Assembly: GCA_937873175.1 (NCBI GenBank)
Contig: CALMVT010000347.1
Coordinates: 2,754-66,753 of the forward strand
Source of the DNA: an uncultured Acetobacteraceae bacterium
Lineage (GTDB): Bacteria > Pseudomonadota > Alphaproteobacteria > Acetobacterales > Acetobacteraceae
Direction: 5' to 3'
DNA: 64,000 nucleotides
Under the pieces are notes generated by a model, which saw only the letters and a program-made list of their open reading frames with translations, ran no database searches and was not told where the DNA came from. The position numbers and the translations under genes were made by a program. Positions 60,350 to 64,000 of the stretch are shown in pieces; positions within the stretch are counted from its first letter, which is position 1, and each line of letters starts with the position of its first letter.

Positions 60350-61672
60350 ATGTTGCGGGTTCTCGGCATCGGAGCGCGGATCGACCTGGGTGATCTTTAC
60401 CTCAGCCTGCTGCGCGAAGGGCATGAGGTGCGCGTCCATGCCGGGGACCCGTCCTATGCCGGCTGCTTCGCGGGCCTGCTCGACCCGGTGACGGATTGGC
60501 GGGCAGAGCTTGACTGGGTTGGCCGCGACGGCCTGGTGCTGTTCGAGAAAGTCGGCCGCGGGGCTGAGCAGGACGCGCTTCGGCAGGCCGGCTTCCGGGT
60601 AATTGGCGGCAGCGCGCTGGGGGACCGGCTGGAGTACGACCGCGCCTTCGGCCAGGCCACGCTGCGGGAGGCCGGCTTGCAGATTGCCCCGAGCACCCCG
60701 TTCGACAGCCCGGCGGATGCTGCCGCCTGGCTCAAGGAGCATCCCGGGCGCACGGTGCTGAAGCACGACAACAACGCGCGGGCGACCTTTGTGGGCGATC
60801 ACCGGCAAGGGGCCGATGTGCTGTTCCAGTTGTCCCGCACGCCGCCGGGCCGCGTGCTGCTGATGCCGCGGCTCGAAGGGGTCGAGGTCGGCGTCGGCGC
60901 GTATTTCGATGGCCGGGCGTTCCTCCGCCCCGCCTGCATCGACTTCGAGCACAAACGCTTCTTTCCCGGCGAGATAGGCGAGATGACCGGGGAGATGGGC
61001 ACCCTGCTGTCCTACGAGGGCGCCGATGCGCTGTTCGACGCGACGCTGAACCGGATCGCGCCGCTGCTCGCCGCCGCCGGGCACGTCGGCTACGTCAACC
61101 TCAACATGATCGCCAACGAGGCCGGGCTATGGCCGTTGGAGTTCACCTGCCGTTTCGGCAACCCCGGCTTCGCCGTGCTGGCGCCGTTGCAGCGGGACGG
61201 CTGGGGCGACCTGCTGGGCCGCATGATGCGCGGCGGCGCCGGCGGGTTCGTGACCGTGCCGGGCTGGTCCGTCGGCATCGTGCTGACCGTGCCGGGCTTT
61301 CCCGAGGAGCGGCCCGGCGCCGATCCCGCGGCGGACCCGCCGATCTTCTTCCATGAGCCGCCAAACGGGGGCGAGCTGCCGCACTATCATTTCTCCGACA
61401 TGCGGCGGGAGGGCGGCCAATTGTTTGCCCGGCGCCGCACCGGCTACGCCATGGTCGTGACTGGTACCGGCCCCACGGTGCAGGAGGCGCAAGCGGCGGC
61501 GGCGGTGCGGGCGCGCAACGTGATCATCCCCGACCTGCGCTGGCGCGGCGACATCGGCGACCGCTTCTTGGCCGGGGAAGGCGCACGGCTGGCGCGGCTT
61601 GGCTGGCTGACGCTTCCGGAAGCCGATCTCCAAGCGAATGCGGCGGCCGACATTCAAGCGAATGCGGCGTGA
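60350..61672 (+). CDS. divergent PurD-like (phosphoribosylamine--glycine ligase family) ATP-grasp protein
   Basis: EHKRFFPGEIGEMTGEMG and EFTCRFGNPG match the PurD motifs DHKR..GPNTGGMG and EFNCRFGDPE. The N-terminal GGREHA and the GLAAGKG loop are absent. ATG 60326 is an alternative start. Confidence 0.75.
   Translation: MLRVLGIGARIDLGDLYLSLLREGHEVRVHAGDPSYAGCFAGLLDPVTDWRAELDWVGRDGLVLFEKVGRGAEQDALRQAGFRVIGGSALGDRLEYDRAFGQATLREAGLQIAPSTPFDSPADAAAWLKEHPGRTVLKHDNNARATFVGDHRQGADVLFQLSRTPPGRVLLMPRLEGVEVGVGAYFDGRAFLRPACIDFEHKRFFPGEIGEMTGEMGTLLSYEGADALFDATLNRIAPLLAAAGHVGYVNLNMIANEAGLWPLEFTCRFGNPGFAVLAPLQRDGWGDLLGRMMRGGAGGFVTVPGWSVGIVLTVPGFPEERPGADPAADPPIFFHEPPNGGELPHYHFSDMRREGGQLFARRRTGYAMVVTGTGPTVQEAQAAAAVRARNVIIPDLRWRGDIGDRFLAGEGARLARLGWLTLPEADLQANAAADIQANAA
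61631..61669 (+). repeat. direct repeat CAAGCGAATGCGGCG twice, with 24-nt period
   Basis: Read directly from the sequence. It encodes LQANAAAD-IQANAA at the extreme C-terminus of the ATP-grasp protein. The second copy ends in the methyltransferase start codon. Confidence 0.9.
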
Positions 61673-62532
61673 GCTTGGACCAGCCGATCAAGGACTGCCT
61701 GGCCGCGCGCATCTCGCCGCAGGTCGCGGTGGCGCGCATGCTGCTGGCCGGCGTGGCGGCGGAGGGCATCGCGGCGGCCCTGGCGCGACATCGCCCTGCT
61801 GTGGAGGATGCGCGCTGGACGGCGATGGCGCGGCTCGTGGAGGGCCGGGGCGCTGCGCTCGATCGGCTCGCGGCGGAGGTGGAGGCGACCGGCGCGCAGC
61901 ACGACGCTTCTGGCGCCGACGGCCTGGCGCGGATCGCCGCGTTCTTTGACCGCGCCGTGGCGCACTCGCCCGAGGCCAGCGTGGCGCTTTACTCACTCGG
62001 CGACCCGGCCATCCTGGCGCAGGCGACAACCGAGATCGTCGGCTGGCTGCATGCCAACCAGCTTCTGCGCGCCGAGGCCGATGTGCTGGACCTGGGCTGC
62101 GGCATCGGCCGGGTCGCGGCGGCCTCGGCGCCGCTGTGCCGAACCGTTCTGGGCTTGGACGTATCGGCCGGCATGGTCGCGGAAGCGCGGCGGCGCAACG
62201 CGGCGCTGCCGAACGCACGGTTTGACCACACAACGGGGCACGGCCTCGACGCCTTGCCCGGCGGCGCGTTCGACCTGGTGCTGGCGGTCGATAGCTTCCC
62301 TTACATGGTCCAGGCCGGGCCTGACGTGGTGGCCCGCCACGTTTCCGGGGCCGCGCGGGTGCTGCGGCCGGGCGGGGCGCTGACGGTGCTCAACTTCTCC
62401 TATCGCGGGGACTTGGCCGCCGACCGCGCCGATGCCGCCGCGCTCGCCGCGGCGCATGGCTTCACCTTGGAACAGAACGGCGCCGCGCCGTTTGGCGTTT
62501 GGGACGGCACGGCCTTCGTGCTCCGCCGCTGA
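61669..62532 (+). CDS. class I SAM-dependent methyltransferase with about 100-aa helical N-terminal extension
   Basis: Motif I VLDLGCGIGR plus the LRPGG motif. The GTG at 61669 overlaps the ATP-grasp stop (GTGA). Confidence 0.85.
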   Translation: MSLDQPIKDCLAARISPQVAVARMLLAGVAAEGIAAALARHRPAVEDARWTAMARLVEGRGAALDRLAAEVEATGAQHDASGADGLARIAAFFDRAVAHSPEASVALYSLGDPAILAQATTEIVGWLHANQLLRAEADVLDLGCGIGRVAAASAPLCRTVLGLDVSAGMVAEARRRNAALPNARFDHTTGHGLDALPGGAFDLVLAVDSFPYMVQAGPDVVARHVSGAARVLRPGGALTVLNFSYRGDLAADRADAAALAAAHGFTLEQNGAAPFGVWDGTAFVLRR

Positions 62533-64000
62533 TCCGCCCCGCCGCCCTGGTGTTGGCGCTGCTCGCCGCCGCGCCGGCCTCCGCCGAGGAGGATCGGGCG
62601 GCGCTGATGCGGGCGCATCGCGGCGGCACCATGCGGCTGCTGGCCCACTCGGCCGCCGGCACCATCGACCCCCAGGTGAACTACACCGCGCAGTTCTGGC
62701 AAATGTTCTCGATGGCGTATGACGGGCTGCTGGCCTTCCGCAAGGTGCCGGGTCCCGGGGGCAACGAGATCGTGGGCGACCTGGCCGAGGCAGTGCCGGC
62801 GCCAACCGACGGCGGCCTGATCTGGCTGTTCCGGCTGCGCCCCGGCATCCGTTTCTCGAACGGCGCGCCGGTGCGCCCGGCCGATGTCGCCGCGTCCTTC
62901 CGCCGGTTGTTCCGCGTTTCCAGCCCCACCGCGGACAGCTTCTACGGCGCGATCCAGGGGGCTGGCGCCTGCCTTCGCGCGCCCGCCGGCTGTGCGCTGG
63001 AGGGCGTCACGGCGGACGACGCCGCGGGCACCGTCACCATCCGCTTGTCGCGGCCGGACCCGGAGTTTGCGAAGAAGCTCGCCTTGCCCCACGCCAGCGT
63101 GCTGCCGGACACCGCGCCCGATGCGGACGCCGGCACCGTCCCGCTGCCCGGCACCGGCGCCTACCGCATCGACCACTACGACCCCGGCGACAGCCTGCGC
63201 CTGGTCCGCAACCCGCACTTCCGCGAATGGAGCGTGGACGCGCAGCCGGACGGCTTTCCCGACGCCATCGACTACGATTTCGGCTTGGAGGAGGAGGCGG
63301 AGATCACCGCCATCCAGAACGGCCAGGCCGACTGGACCTTTGACGCGCCGCCGGCGGACCGCCTGGCCGAGCTTGGCGCGCGTTACGCGGATCAGGTCCA
63401 CCTCAACCCGGCCTATGCCATGTGGTTCCTGCCGCTCAACACCCGCCTGCCGCCGTTCGACGACGTGCGGGTGCGCCGGGCATTGAACCTCGCGGTGGAT
63501 CGGCGCGCAGTCGTGAAACTGTTCGGCGGCGCGCGGCTCGCGACCGAAGCTTGCCAGGTGCTGCCGCCGGGCCTGCCAGGCTACCAGCCGTATTGCCCGT
63601 ATCCGCTGGACCTGCCCCGGGCGCAGCGTCTGGTGGCCGAAAGCGGCACGGCCGGGCAAACGGTGACGCTGGTGATCGACGGCAGCCCGGTGGCCCGCGC
63701 CATCGGCACCTACATGCTGGACGTGCTGCGCGACCTGGGCTTTGTGCCGCGGCTGCGCAGCCTGTCCAGCAACGTGCAGTTCACCTACATCCAGAACACC
63801 AACAACCAGGTGCAGGCGAGCCTCACGACCTGGTATGCGGATTACGCTTCCGCCGGCAACTTCCTGGGCGGCATCTTCGGCTGCTCGGCCTTTCGCCCGG
63901 GATCGGACGCCTCGCCCAACATCTCCGGCTTTTGCGACCCGGCGCTCGACGTGCGGCTGCAAGCGGCGCTGGCGGATCCTCAAGGCGGGGCCGAGCTTGC
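62499..64000 (+). CDS. ABC transporter substrate-binding protein, family 5 (peptide/nickel type), 3' end outside the window
   Basis: The frame is open to the window end and is not in the supplied ORF track. It has signal peptide LIRPAALVLALLAAAPASA, then GGTMRLL...DPQVNY and GTGAYRIDHYDPGDSLRLVRNPHF. The start is uncertain (TTG 62499, CTG 62529 or GTG 62550). Confidence 0.8.
   Translation, partial: MGRHGLRAPPLIRPAALVLALLAAAPASAEEDRAALMRAHRGGTMRLLAHSAAGTIDPQVNYTAQFWQMFSMAYDGLLAFRKVPGPGGNEIVGDLAEAVPAPTDGGLIWLFRLRPGIRFSNGAPVRPADVAASFRRLFRVSSPTADSFYGAIQGAGACLRAPAGCALEGVTADDAAGTVTIRLSRPDPEFAKKLALPHASVLPDTAPDADAGTVPLPGTGAYRIDHYDPGDSLRLVRNPHFREWSVDAQPDGFPDAIDYDFGLEEEAEITAIQNGQADWTFDAPPADRLAELGARYADQVHLNPAYAMWFLPLNTRLPPFDDVRVRRALNLAVDRRAVVKLFGGARLATEACQVLPPGLPGYQPYCPYPLDLPRAQRLVAESGTAGQTVTLVIDGSPVARAIGTYMLDVLRDLGFVPRLRSLSSNVQFTYIQNTNNQVQASLTTWYADYASAGNFLGGIFGCSAFRPGSDASPNISGFCDPALDVRLQAALADPQGGAEL

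Noticed and set aside
62400-63983. A 527-aa minus-strand ORF at the right end of the window.
   Set aside because: It is antisense to the plus-strand frame that encodes a recognisable family-5 solute-binding protein with a signal peptide. That plus-strand frame has no stop within the window, so it is missing from the ORF track.
1-64000. Scanned for CRISPR arrays, IS or transposase genes, prophage genes, toxin-antitoxin pairs and known defence-system signatures.
   Set aside because: I saw no regularly spaced direct repeats and no transposase, integrase, nuclease-helicase or small paired ORFs. The only repeats are the two short in-frame duplications and the stem-loops listed above.

Overview
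This is a very GC-rich, densely packed chromosomal segment. Gene content and order are typical core genome of an alphaproteobacterium, probably Rhodospirillales/Acetobacteraceae-like; the taxon is an inference from synteny only. Conserved blocks are cpoB-tilS-ftsH-folP-glmM-thiD, serC-serA, hisZ-purA, rpoH, nrdR-ribD-ribE-ribBA-ribH-nusB-thiL, yceD-rpmF-plsX-fabH-ihfA-merR, and ispDF / dusB-ntrB-ntrC-ntrY-ntrX-dat-hfq-hflX. I call about 66 CDS and two tRNAs (Glu-CUC, Pro-GGG). I saw no rRNA, CRISPR array, transposase, integrase, phage gene or recognisable defence or toxin-antitoxin system. Many neighbouring genes share 1-4 nt start/stop overlaps (ATGA, GTGA, TTGA, TGATG), so most of the window is operonic. 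Three loci are less ordinary. (1) At 50.7-55.4 kb on the minus strand there is a five-gene operon: two paralogous proteins that look like doubly degenerate GGDEF-like/EAL-like proteins, followed by an ABC-2 exporter and a histidine phosphatase. (2) At 59.2-64.0 kb on the plus strand, an unrecognisable 338-aa protein precedes a divergent PurD-like ATP-grasp ligase, a SAM methyltransferase and a family-5 solute-binding protein, all with no intergenic space. (3) At 16.2-22.4 kb on the minus strand there is a tight array of aldehyde dehydrogenase, a PDZ trypsin-like protein that appears to lack catalytic His and Ser, a penicillin-acylase-family Ntn hydrolase, an RDD membrane protein and Bpt. None of these is demonstrably a new system from sequence alone; they are candidates. 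The many long ORFs antisense to or out of frame with these genes are GC-content artefacts.
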